Part shown: one piece after another, positions 1 through 7,807 of the stretch
Position numbering within the stretch: the stretch's first letter is position 1
Layout: the number at the start of each line of letters is the position of its first letter
From: Betaproteobacteria bacterium RIFCSPLOWO2_02_64_14
GTDB taxonomy: Bacteria; Pseudomonadota; Gammaproteobacteria; Burkholderiales; SG8-41
Reading direction: 5' to 3'
Assembly (NCBI GenBank): GCA_001770325.1
Contig: MEQT01000085.1
Span: forward strand, 3,801-63,188
DNA: 59,388 nucleotides
Notes under the pieces: model-generated
What the model was told of the DNA's origin: nothing
Database searches by the model: none
Seen by the model: the letters and a program-made list of their open reading frames with translations, nothing else
Translations under genes and position numbers: made by a program

Positions 1-467
1 ACGTCACCGCCGCGCCCGGCCTTCGCGCGCGCGATGAGCCGGTAGGTCGTCTCCGTGCTGAACGCATTCTGGAATCGCGCGGGAACATCGGCCTCGATCG
101 CGGCAATCCCGGAACACTGAAGTTGGCGTCTTGAGACTGCGAACCCGCACAGGCGGCGCACCGCCAGAAGGCGCGTAGAATTCGCGGCTACCGACAGCGA
201 ATTCGCCACCATGTAGATGCTGAGGCACACGAACGCGATGCCGCACAGCATGAACGGCGCGATCAACCCTCCGATGAGCGCCAGTATCAGCAGGCCATAT
301 GGGACCGGCACGCCAGGCGGCACCAGCGCGTACACCGCGGCAAGCGGTAATACGGTGCACAGCACACCGAACGCGCCGAGCGCCAGCGCGGTGCCGGCGT
401 CGCGCAGAGGCGGAAAATAGAGCTCGATGCCGTCGGATGTACGCGTGCGCTGCAGTGTGGCATCCAC
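1..467 (-). CDS. Hypothetical integral membrane protein, N-terminal part only (gene runs off the left edge)
   Basis: Not in the supplied ORF track (no stop in window). Hand translation of the minus strand from GTG at 467 gives an uninterrupted ~155-codon frame (VDATLQRTRTSDGIELYFPPLRDAGTALALGAFGVLCTVLPLAAVYALVPPGVPVPYGLLILALIGGLIAPFMLCGIAFVCLSIYMVANS...). It has G/C-rich third positions and 2-3 hydrophobic helices, and AAGGA lies ~12 nt upstream. Start codon uncertain. The tracked ORF 4..501(-) is a different, Arg-rich frame. Confidence 0.45.
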   Translation of the reverse strand, partial: MDATLQRTRTSDGIELYFPPLRDAGTALALGAFGVLCTVLPLAAVYALVPPGVPVPYGLLILALIGGLIAPFMLCGIAFVCLSIYMVANSLSVAANSTRLLAVRRLCGFAVSRRQLQCSGIAAIEADVPARFQNAFSTETTYRLIARAKAGRGGD

Positions 468-504
468 CCGGCTGATTATCCTTGAATGCGCTGCTCACCA
501 CCGA

Positions 505-1908
505 TCAGCCGGCGGCCAGTTCGATTACGCGGGAGCCGCCATGCGGCTTGGCGAGGAACCGCGTCAGGATCTTGTAGGTATCGAGATCGAAAGTCGGCCG
601 CGGCGGGCATTCCTGCAGATCGTGCAACTCCTGTTCCGAGCGCGCCGTGCCGAGGTGGCACCAGCGATCCAGCACGATGACATCGGTGCGGCTGCGGCCG
701 GGGGTTGCTTCGCGCACCGCAATGCGGCCCTTGAACGGCCAGGGCCGCATGCGCAGGGTGGCGAGCACCTGCGCCAGACGCAGCGCATGGCTCGTGCGGG
801 TTTCCTCTCCGACGCAGGCGCCACGGCAGCGCTTCAGCTGGTAGGCGAAGCACGGCCCCTTGCGGTTTTCCAGGCCGAGCAGGATAGGGCACAGGCCGTG
901 GGCCGTCGCGATCTCGCGCATGGCTTCGAGCGCGCTCGCGCGCGAGCGGAACAGGCCATGCAGATCGGCAAACTGCGAGGGATCGAGGTCGCGCGCCGAT
1001 ACCACCTGCGGACGGGCGTCCGGGTCGTCAGGACGCCACTGCCAGGAGCACAGTTCGGTGGTGCGGCGCAGCCGGCGGTTGTATACAGGCGCCAACTGCT
1101 TGACGAGGCGTGCCTCTTCGATCAACGCTCCGAGCTCACCGCCGGTTTCTATCCAGTCGATGCGCGTGATCTCGCGGGCGATGCGCATGTCGCGGCTGTC
1201 GCGATGGTCGCCCGAGAAATGGGACATCACGCGCGCGCGCAGGTTGATGCTCTTCCCGACGTAAAGCACCACGTTGTTCTCGCCGTGGAAGACGTAAACC
1301 CCGGGGGCCTCGGGGATATCGTCGTACGTGTTTCCGGGCAGCCCCGCGGGAACGGTCGGGGTCCTGACCAGTTCCGCGACCGCCGCGGTGATCGTCGACG
1401 GCGCGCGCTCGCGCTGCCAGCGTTGCACGAGTTGCCACAGCGCGCGCGCGTCGCCGAGCGCGCGGTGGCGCGCGCCGCATTCGATGTCGTGGCGGGCCAG
1501 CAGCGCGTCGAGGTTGTGCCGCGCGTGCTGCGGGTAGAGCTTGCGCGAGAGCCGCACCGTGCACAGCACCCGTGAGGTGTAGCGGATGCCGGCTCGCTGG
1601 AATTCGTTGCGCAGAAACCCGTAATCGAAGCGCGCATTGTGAGCGACGAGAAGCCTGCCTTCGATCCGCCCGAGGAGATCGCGGCTGATCTCCGGAAAGG
1701 TCGGCGCCAGCACCACCATGTCGTTGGTGATGCCGGTGAGCGCCTGGATCGCGGGCGGGATGCTGACGCCGGGATTGACGAGCGTCGACCACTCGCCGAC
1801 CAGGTGGCCACGGTCGACTTCCACGATGCCGATCTCGGTGACGTGATCGTACGTTGCGGTGGCGCCGGTGGTTTCGAGATCGACGAAGATAACACGTTCG
1901 TTCAGCAC
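505..1908 (-). CDS. DnaQ-like 3'-5' exonuclease (DEDD) fused to a GIY-YIG (UvrC/Cho-like) nuclease domain
   Basis: N-terminus has FVDLETTG ... HNARFDYGFL ... HRALGDA (Exo I/II/III motifs of the epsilon family). The middle has PGVYVFHGENNVVLYVGKSINLRARVMSHF ... LIEEARLVKQLAPVYN (GIY-YIG pattern). GTG start at 1908. Confidence 0.8.
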   Translation of the reverse strand: MLNERVIFVDLETTGATATYDHVTEIGIVEVDRGHLVGEWSTLVNPGVSIPPAIQALTGITNDMVVLAPTFPEISRDLLGRIEGRLLVAHNARFDYGFLRNEFQRAGIRYTSRVLCTVRLSRKLYPQHARHNLDALLARHDIECGARHRALGDARALWQLVQRWQRERAPSTITAAVAELVRTPTVPAGLPGNTYDDIPEAPGVYVFHGENNVVLYVGKSINLRARVMSHFSGDHRDSRDMRIAREITRIDWIETGGELGALIEEARLVKQLAPVYNRRLRRTTELCSWQWRPDDPDARPQVVSARDLDPSQFADLHGLFRSRASALEAMREIATAHGLCPILLGLENRKGPCFAYQLKRCRGACVGEETRTSHALRLAQVLATLRMRPWPFKGRIAVREATPGRSRTDVIVLDRWCHLGTARSEQELHDLQECPPRPTFDLDTYKILTRFLAKPHGGSRVIELAAG

Positions 1909-1917
1909 GGGAAGACC

Positions 1918-2029
1918 GGTGAACAGTGAACAGCGAACAGAATGCGGTCAAAGGCGTGAGCCGTGATCCGTGATCCGATGGGAAATCGGACCGGATTTGT
2001 CGGTTCACGGCTCACGAATCGCGGATCAC
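1918..2029. repeat. Heptamer tandem arrays with inverted arms (array A)
   Basis: GGTGAAC AGTGAAC AGCGAAC AGAATGC (1918-1945). GTGAGCC GTGATCC GTGATCC (1956-1976). The inverted set is GGTTCAC GGCTCAC GAATCGC GGATCAC (2002-2029). The last unit contains the iclR-family stop codon (TGA on the minus strand, 2026-2028). Confidence 0.9.
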
Positions 2030-2793
2030 TGCTTTTGGTGGCCGATGGCGCGGGAAATTATCTCCGCCGTCTGGCGCACCTGCACCGCCCACGCCCTGTT
2101 GAGCCGATCCGACGGAGCGGAGACCGACAGGCCCGCCACCAGGCGGCCCTCGTCGTTATGGATGCCGGCGCCGATGCAGGAGACACCTTTCTCGGCTTCC
2201 TCGTCGTCGACGGCGTAGCCCTGCTCCCGCACCCGTTCCAGTTCCTGCGCCAGCCGCGCCGGATCGGTGAGCGTGTTCCCGGTGTACCTGGGCAGCCCGG
2301 TGCGTTTTGCATAGAGCGCGGATTTCTCCGGCCCGTCCTCGGCGAGAAACAGCTTGCCGACCGCGGTAATGTGCAGCGGCGCGCGGGCGCCGATGATCTG
2401 CACGACGCGCATCATCGAGCTGTTGCCCGCGGTGCGTTCGATGTAGACCATTTCGTCGTCGTGGCGCAGCGATAGATGCACTGTCTCGCCGAGCTGTTGC
2501 TGCAGGTTTTGCATGAACGGCAGCGCCTCCTGCCGGATGCTGATGCGGGATTTCACCAGGTTGCCGAGTTCGAGCAGCCGGATGCCGAGCCGGTAGGTGC
2601 CGGGTTCGATGCGATCGACGAGGCGATTCTCCACCATGACTCCGAGAATGCGATGGGCGGTCGAAGGATGGAGCTGAGTCTCGAGCGCCAGCTGCTTCAG
2701 ATTGACCGGCGTGCCATGCCCGGCAAGAGTATCGATGAGGTGCATCATGCGGGAGATGACCTGGATCGACGACTTGGCTGGTTTGGCGGGCAT
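2026..2793 (-). CDS. IclR-family transcriptional regulator
   Basis: N-terminal wHTH (SRMMHLIDTLAGHGTPVNLKQLALETQLHPSTAHRIL) plus a C-terminal IclR effector-domain pattern (VHLSLRHDDEMVYIER..., GVSCIGAGI). Confidence 0.85.
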   Translation of the reverse strand: MPAKPAKSSIQVISRMMHLIDTLAGHGTPVNLKQLALETQLHPSTAHRILGVMVENRLVDRIEPGTYRLGIRLLELGNLVKSRISIRQEALPFMQNLQQQLGETVHLSLRHDDEMVYIERTAGNSSMMRVVQIIGARAPLHITAVGKLFLAEDGPEKSALYAKRTGLPRYTGNTLTDPARLAQELERVREQGYAVDDEEAEKGVSCIGAGIHNDEGRLVAGLSVSAPSDRLNRAWAVQVRQTAEIISRAIGHQKQ

Positions 2794-2961
2794 GCGGGCG
2801 GGGAAAGGGGGAAATGGTTCCTGATTTTATATGATGAAATTTGGCCGGACAACCGCGGAACGGGTGGTATTGCCGGTGGACCATGCCGGACGAAAAAATG
2901 CCGCTTACTCCAGACAGGTCGTTTTGGCTAAACTTGCACGATCAGCGATTGGCAAAGAGTC

Positions 2962-3492
2962 ATGACGAACCGGGCGCGCAGCCTCACTTCCACCCCCGTC
3001 GCCGAGACGGGCGGCAAGAACTACATCACTCCGCGCGGGTACACCCGCCTCAAGGCGGAGCTGCTGCAACTGCTTGACCGGGAGCGTCCGGAACTGGTGC
3101 GGACCGTGGCATGGGCCGCGTCCAACGGCGATCGTTCGGAAAACGGCGACTACATCTACGGCAAGAAACGATTGCGTGAAATCGACCGCCGCATACGCTA
3201 TCTCACAAAGCAGCTCGATACGGCGGAAGTCGTCGACCCCGCCCGGCGCGGCGACACGGACCGGATTTTTTTCGGCGCCACTGTCGTTTATCTGAATGAC
3301 AGCGGATCGAGCCAGACGGTCACGATCACCGGCAAGGACGAGGCCGATCCCCGGCGCGGCGAGGTGAGCTGGTTGTCGCCGGTCGCGCGCGCGCTCATGC
3401 GGCGCCGCGCGGGAGACGTCGCGCTTCTCGCGACGCCGGCGGGTGAGGAGCAGCTCGAAATCCTCGAAGTGCGTTACGAGTCGGTAACGTGA
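2962..3492 (+). CDS. greB: Transcription elongation factor GreB
   Basis: [62 protein letters not shown] closely matches the remembered E. coli GreB (TREGYEKLKQEL...[33 protein letters not shown]). About 18-aa N-terminal extension. Confidence 0.9.
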   Translation: [176 protein letters not shown]

Positions 3493-3574
3493 CGGACCCG
3501 GGTTCGTATTCGAGGGACGATGACATAAACGCGCGGGGGCGTCACGCTCCCAGTGTCCACGCGCCGGGGCGCAT

Positions 3575-4552
3575 ATGACCGTATCCTTCTTCACCGCCGC
3601 CTTGTCGACGTGGCGCGCGACCCATGCCCCGCTCGCAGAGGCATCGGGCGCGGAGAATCTGGATGACGCGGTGGTCAAGTTAAGCATCAAGGCCGCGCCC
3701 GGCGCGCGCACTGCAGAGACGCTGGGGGCGGAGCGGGAAGGCACGGGCGTCGTGATCGGTGCCGAGGGCCTTGTGGTCACGATCGGTTATCTGATACTGG
3801 AAGCGGGCTCGATCCTGGTGGTGGCGCCCGACGGGCGGGTTTTTCCCGCCACCGTGGTGGGTTACGATCACGCGACCGGCTTCGGCGTGCTGCGCACCGC
3901 GCGCGATGTTGCCCGCAGGCCGTTCGAATTGGGTGAGTCTTCGAGCGTGAAGGAACTCGCGACGCTCACGGTCGCCGCGCACGCCGCTGCCGGCGGCGTG
4001 TCGCATGCTTGCGTGGTATCGCGGCGGCGCTTTACCGGCTGGTGGGAGTACATGATCGACAGCGCGATCTTCACCTCCCCGCCACGCTACGAGCACAGCG
4101 GTGCGGCATTGGTCGACTCCGCCGGCCGGCTGGTCGGAATTGCCTCGCTGTGGGTCGGCGATGCGGTGGACCTCGGCGTCGCGTTTCCCGGGAACATGTT
4201 TGTGCCGATCGACCTGCTCAAACCGTCACTCGCCGAACTTGCCTCGGGCCGGCGCACGCAGGCACCGCGGCCCTGGCTCGGCGTGTATTCCGAGGAGGTG
4301 GAGGGACACGTGGTGGTGACGCGGGTGTTGGCCGGCGCCCCTGCGGACAAGGCGGGGTTGCGGCGCGGCGACGTGATCCTCGGGGTGGGTGGTCAGTCGA
4401 TCGGCGGGCAGAGCCAGTTCTACAGCAGGCTCTGGGCAGCGGGCGCGGCGGGCACGGAAATCACGCTGCACGTCGTTCGCGACCGCGCGGTGCGGCAGAT
4501 CCAGGTGCGGTCGGTTGACCGGATGGAATTCCTGTTGCCGTGGCGCATCTAG
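3575..4552 (+). CDS. Trypsin-like (S1C/HtrA-like) domain protein with C-terminal PDZ domain; catalytic triad apparently non-canonical
   Basis: GTGVVIGAEGLVVT..., ...HSGAALVDSAGRLVGI (serine-protease fold motifs). PDZ-like VVVTRVLAGAPADKAGLRRGDVILGVGGQSI. No obvious signal peptide. Confidence 0.7.
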   Translation: MTVSFFTAALSTWRATHAPLAEASGAENLDDAVVKLSIKAAPGARTAETLGAEREGTGVVIGAEGLVVTIGYLILEAGSILVVAPDGRVFPATVVGYDHATGFGVLRTARDVARRPFELGESSSVKELATLTVAAHAAAGGVSHACVVSRRRFTGWWEYMIDSAIFTSPPRYEHSGAALVDSAGRLVGIASLWVGDAVDLGVAFPGNMFVPIDLLKPSLAELASGRRTQAPRPWLGVYSEEVEGHVVVTRVLAGAPADKAGLRRGDVILGVGGQSIGGQSQFYSRLWAAGAAGTEITLHVVRDRAVRQIQVRSVDRMEFLLPWRI

Positions 4553-4556
4553 AACC

Positions 4557-4646
4557 GGTCAACCGTGACCAGTGACCGGCGATCGGCAAGGTCGGTGATC
4601 CATATGCCGTGCTGCACGAATAGCGCGTTGCCGGTCACCAGGTGAC
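4557..4646 (+). repeat. Heptamer array B plus downstream palindrome
   Basis: GGTCAAC CGTGACC AGTGACC GGCGATC ... GGTGATC (4557-4599) starts 4 nt after the protease-like gene stop. GTCACC-A-GGTGAC perfect palindrome at 4634-4646. Confidence 0.8.
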
Positions 4647-4673
4647 GAGGCGACGCCGCAGGAAAACCAGCGC

Positions 4674-5666
4674 ATGAAGCAGACCCTTGCCTTGACCCTC
4701 GCCCTGTGCGCATCTCTCGCGGCGGTGACGCCTGGCGCAGGCCGCGCGGCGATGGCTGCGGATCAAGGTCTCTCGATCACGCGGTCCGCACCCCATGCTC
4801 TTTATGCCGACCGCTTTGCGTATACCGGACAGGTTGCTGCCGCCGAGCAGCCTCGCCTGAATGCGACGGCAACCACGCGGGACGCATCCCCAACGCCGCA
4901 ACAGTTGCGGGTACGGAACGCCGTGTTGATCGCCGGCAGCAGCTTTCTGGTCGGGGCCTATGGGTTGCACAAGTGGTGGAACGACGGCTTCACCGGAGAC
5001 TTCCGGACCGTGGGCGAAGACTGGTTCGGGCAGGGCACGCCCTACGGCGGCGCGGACAAGCTTGGCCATGCCTTTTTTGCCTATGCCGGAACGAGGCTGC
5101 TCACGCTGGGTTTCGAAGGAGTGGGCAACGATCGCGATCGCGCGCTCAAACTCGGCGCCTGGACCACCCTGGGCATCATGACGGCGGTTGAGGTGCTGGA
5201 CGGCTACTCCAGGCAATACAAGTTCAGCAAGGAAGACGCGATCATGAACGTCGCCGGAACGGCATTCGGGTATCTGCTGGAAAGTAACCCCGGTCTGGAC
5301 CGGTTGCTCGATTTTCGATTGCTCTACAAGCGGTCTGCCGGCAAGTTCGATCCTGGCGGTGATTACTCCGGACAAAAGTACCTGCTCGCCGTGAAGGCGA
5401 GCGGAATTCCTGCGCTGCGTGAAAATCCACTGCTCCGTTATTTCGAGTTGGCGGCGGGTTACGGTACGCGCGGCTACGAGAGCGCCCCGGGAGTGGAGCG
5501 AAGCCGGCATTTGTATTTCGGCATCTCGTTGAATCTTTCCGAAATACTGGGGCAGACCGTATTCCGTGGTGCGAGCGAACGCAGCCGCGCGCAGCGCGCG
5601 ACGGACCTTTTCTTCGAGTTCATTCAGGTGCCGGGCACTGCGGCGCTCGCTGATCACCGCTTGTAA
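4674..5666 (+). CDS. Secreted/lipoprotein-like protein, DUF2279(YfiM)-like (function unknown)
   Basis: Signal peptide MKQTLALTLALCASLAAV.... GGADKLGHAFFAY motif, remembered from DUF2279 lipoproteins. Family assignment tentative. Confidence 0.6.
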   Translation: MKQTLALTLALCASLAAVTPGAGRAAMAADQGLSITRSAPHALYADRFAYTGQVAAAEQPRLNATATTRDASPTPQQLRVRNAVLIAGSSFLVGAYGLHKWWNDGFTGDFRTVGEDWFGQGTPYGGADKLGHAFFAYAGTRLLTLGFEGVGNDRDRALKLGAWTTLGIMTAVEVLDGYSRQYKFSKEDAIMNVAGTAFGYLLESNPGLDRLLDFRLLYKRSAGKFDPGGDYSGQKYLLAVKASGIPALRENPLLRYFELAAGYGTRGYESAPGVERSRHLYFGISLNLSEILGQTVFRGASERSRAQRATDLFFEFIQVPGTAALADHRL

Positions 5667-5714
5667 CCGGTGCTGCGGACACTGTAGCCGTTCAACGAGC
5701 TTTGCGGTGATTCT

Positions 5715-6425
5715 TCACCGGCGCGCGCGGATGCGCCGGGTGCCGAAGCTTGCGTCCGGGCGCGCGCCGCGTGCGGGAATCCGGACAGAGCGCCCGCGCG
5801 CGGCATGCACGGGGTGCTGCAGCCCTTCGAGAAACAGGTCGACGAGCTGCTCGGCATCCCGCTTGAGCGGAGAGCCGTCGGGGTCCATGACCGACTTGCC
5901 GATCAACCCGTCGAGCAGCGCGTGCAGACCAAGCGCGGCGCGGCGCGCATCCAATCCTTTCGGCAGTTGGCCGCGCGCGATGGCGGCCTTGAGGCCTTTT
6001 TCAATGCCCGCAAGACAGCCCGCCTGCATTTCGTTCAATCGCTTCCACACCGGGCGCATCTCGTCCACGTACTCGCACTTGTGGAACACGATGTGGAACA
6101 CCCGGCGCGCCTGCGGGTCCTCGCATGTGCGCCGCAGGATGGCCACCATCATGCCCCTGATGCTCGCGAGGGGATCAGCCGCGGCGCCGTGATCGACCCG
6201 GCACGGCGCGTCTTCCATGGGCAGCGTTACGCGCGCCACCATCTTGCAGAAGAGATCCGCCTTGTCCTGGAAATGCCAATAAATCGCGCCACGCGTGACG
6301 CCCGCCGCGGCCGCGATGTCGGCAAGCGAGGTGCGCGAAACCCCCCGCTCGCTGAATACCCGCTCCGCGGTGTCGAGGATGACATTGCGCGTCTCGAGTG
6401 CCTCGTCTTTCGTGCGTCTTACCAC
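5715..6425 (-). CDS. TetR/AcrR-family repressor, divergent from the RND efflux operon
   Basis: ILDTAERVFSERGVSRTSLADIAAAAGVTRGAIYWHFQDKADLF is a canonical TetR HTH. Divergent to the MFP/RND genes. Confidence 0.9.
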   Translation of the reverse strand: MVRRTKDEALETRNVILDTAERVFSERGVSRTSLADIAAAAGVTRGAIYWHFQDKADLFCKMVARVTLPMEDAPCRVDHGAAADPLASIRGMMVAILRRTCEDPQARRVFHIVFHKCEYVDEMRPVWKRLNEMQAGCLAGIEKGLKAAIARGQLPKGLDARRAALGLHALLDGLIGKSVMDPDGSPLKRDAEQLVDLFLEGLQHPVHAARGRSVRIPARGARPDASFGTRRIRARR

Positions 6426-6532
6426 GTGGTGACCATCCTTTGCGGGATGCGGTTGCGCACCACCTCCCGTCCGGTATTTTCGGAAAGTTGAGTCAGCAGC
6501 AGGGGCAGCACGCCGTTCACTGCTCCCGGCTC

Positions 6533-6560
6533 TTTACATACATACAAGATTGTATGTAAA
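6533..6560. promoter_or_regulatory. Candidate TetR operator: perfect 10-bp inverted repeat TTTACATACA-N8-TGTATGTAAA
   Basis: AT-rich palindrome in the 182-nt divergent intergenic region, 48 nt upstream of the MFP start. Confidence 0.6.
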
Positions 6561-6607
6561 CTGGCCGCCTTCTGCAAGCTTGTCCGGCCACAGAAATCGG
6601 AACGAAC

Positions 6608-7807
6608 ATGACGAAATCCAGCTTCTTGCAGTCCGGCCCGGTGCTGCGCGCGGTTTTGGTGCCGGCCATTATCCTGCTCGCGGCGGGCTGCAAGCCCGCT
6701 GCGGGCCCGCCGGGCGGATTCCCGCCACCGGTGGTCTCGGTCACTGTGGTCGAGGCGAAGGACGTGCCGGTGACCTACGAGTACGTGGCGCAGACCGCGG
6801 GCTATCGCGAGGTCGAAGTGCGCGCGCGGGTGACGGGGATCCTGCTCAAGCGCAACTACAGGGAGGGCGTGACCGTGAAGCGGGGTGAGTCGCTGTTCAC
6901 GATCGATCCCGCGCCGTTCCAGGTCGCGCTTGCCCGGGCGGAGGCGGATGTCGGCGTCGCCGAGGCCCGCCTCGCACAGGCGAAGCGCGAAGCGGCGCGG
7001 TTGAGGCCGGTATTGGAAGCGCGCGCGGTGAGCCGCAAGGAACTCGACGATGCCCTGTCCGCCGAGCAGGTCGCGGAGGCCGAGCTGAAGGTCGCCCGCG
7101 CGCGGGTGGCCGAGGCGAACTTGAATCTCGACTACACGCGGGTCGAGGCGTCGATCTCCGGGATCGCGGGCCGTGCAGCGGTGTCAGAAGGCACGCTCGT
7201 CTCGGGGCCCAACGTGCTGCTCACCACGGTCACGCAGATCGATCCGATGTACGCGCTCTTCGGCATTCCGGACCGCGAGCATCTCGCGATACGGCGCGAC
7301 GTCGAGGCCGGGCGGCTGAAGCTGCCGGAGGGCGGGCGCTTCAAGGCCGCCGTGAAGCTCGCCGACGGCAGCCTCTACAAGCTTGCCGGGGCCCTCAATT
7401 TCACCGACGTTCGGGTGAGCACGCAGACAGGCACCAGCGAAGCCCGCGCGGAGTTTCCCAATGGCGGGGGCATGCTGCGCGCCGGTGAGTTCGTGCGCGT
7501 CGTGCTGACGGGCGCAGTGCGTCCCGGCGTGATCGTCGTGCCGCAGCGCGCGGTGCTGGAAAGTCCCAAGGGCAAGTTCGTCTACGTCGTCAACGCAGAG
7601 GGGAGGGCTGAGGCGCGTCCCACGGAAGTCGGCGACTGGACCGGTGCCGGCTGGATCATCAACAGCGGGCTCAAGGCGGGCGACCGGGTCATCGTCGATG
7701 GCGTGATGAAAATCGGCCCCGGCGCGCCGGTGAAGGTCGCCGATGCGACCGCCACACCACCGGCTGTGCCGGCACCCGTCCTCGACGAGGAGGGGAAACA
7801 ACAGTGA
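6608..7807 (+). CDS. RND efflux periplasmic adaptor (membrane fusion protein, AcrA/MexA family)
   Basis: Lipoprotein-type signal (LLAAGC), coiled-coil hairpin region, typical MFP beta-barrel motifs. Stop overlaps the RND start (GTGA). Confidence 0.9.
   Translation: MTKSSFLQSGPVLRAVLVPAIILLAAGCKPAAGPPGGFPPPVVSVTVVEAKDVPVTYEYVAQTAGYREVEVRARVTGILLKRNYREGVTVKRGESLFTIDPAPFQVALARAEADVGVAEARLAQAKREAARLRPVLEARAVSRKELDDALSAEQVAEAELKVARARVAEANLNLDYTRVEASISGIAGRAAVSEGTLVSGPNVLLTTVTQIDPMYALFGIPDREHLAIRRDVEAGRLKLPEGGRFKAAVKLADGSLYKLAGALNFTDVRVSTQTGTSEARAEFPNGGGMLRAGEFVRVVLTGAVRPGVIVVPQRAVLESPKGKFVYVVNAEGRAEARPTEVGDWTGAGWIINSGLKAGDRVIVDGVMKIGPGAPVKVADATATPPAVPAPVLDEEGKQQ

Noticed and set aside
4-501. 165-aa minus-strand ORF at the left edge
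   Set aside because: It is Arg/His-rich and looks like nonsense. A different minus-strand frame gives a hydrophobic, codon-biased membrane protein (reported as feature 1..467).
427-1575. 382-aa + strand ORF antisense to the exonuclease/GIY-YIG gene
   Set aside because: It is a shadow ORF typical of high-GC DNA, with Arg/Ala/Gly-rich composition and no recognisable motifs. The opposite strand encodes a protein with clear DnaQ and GIY-YIG motifs.
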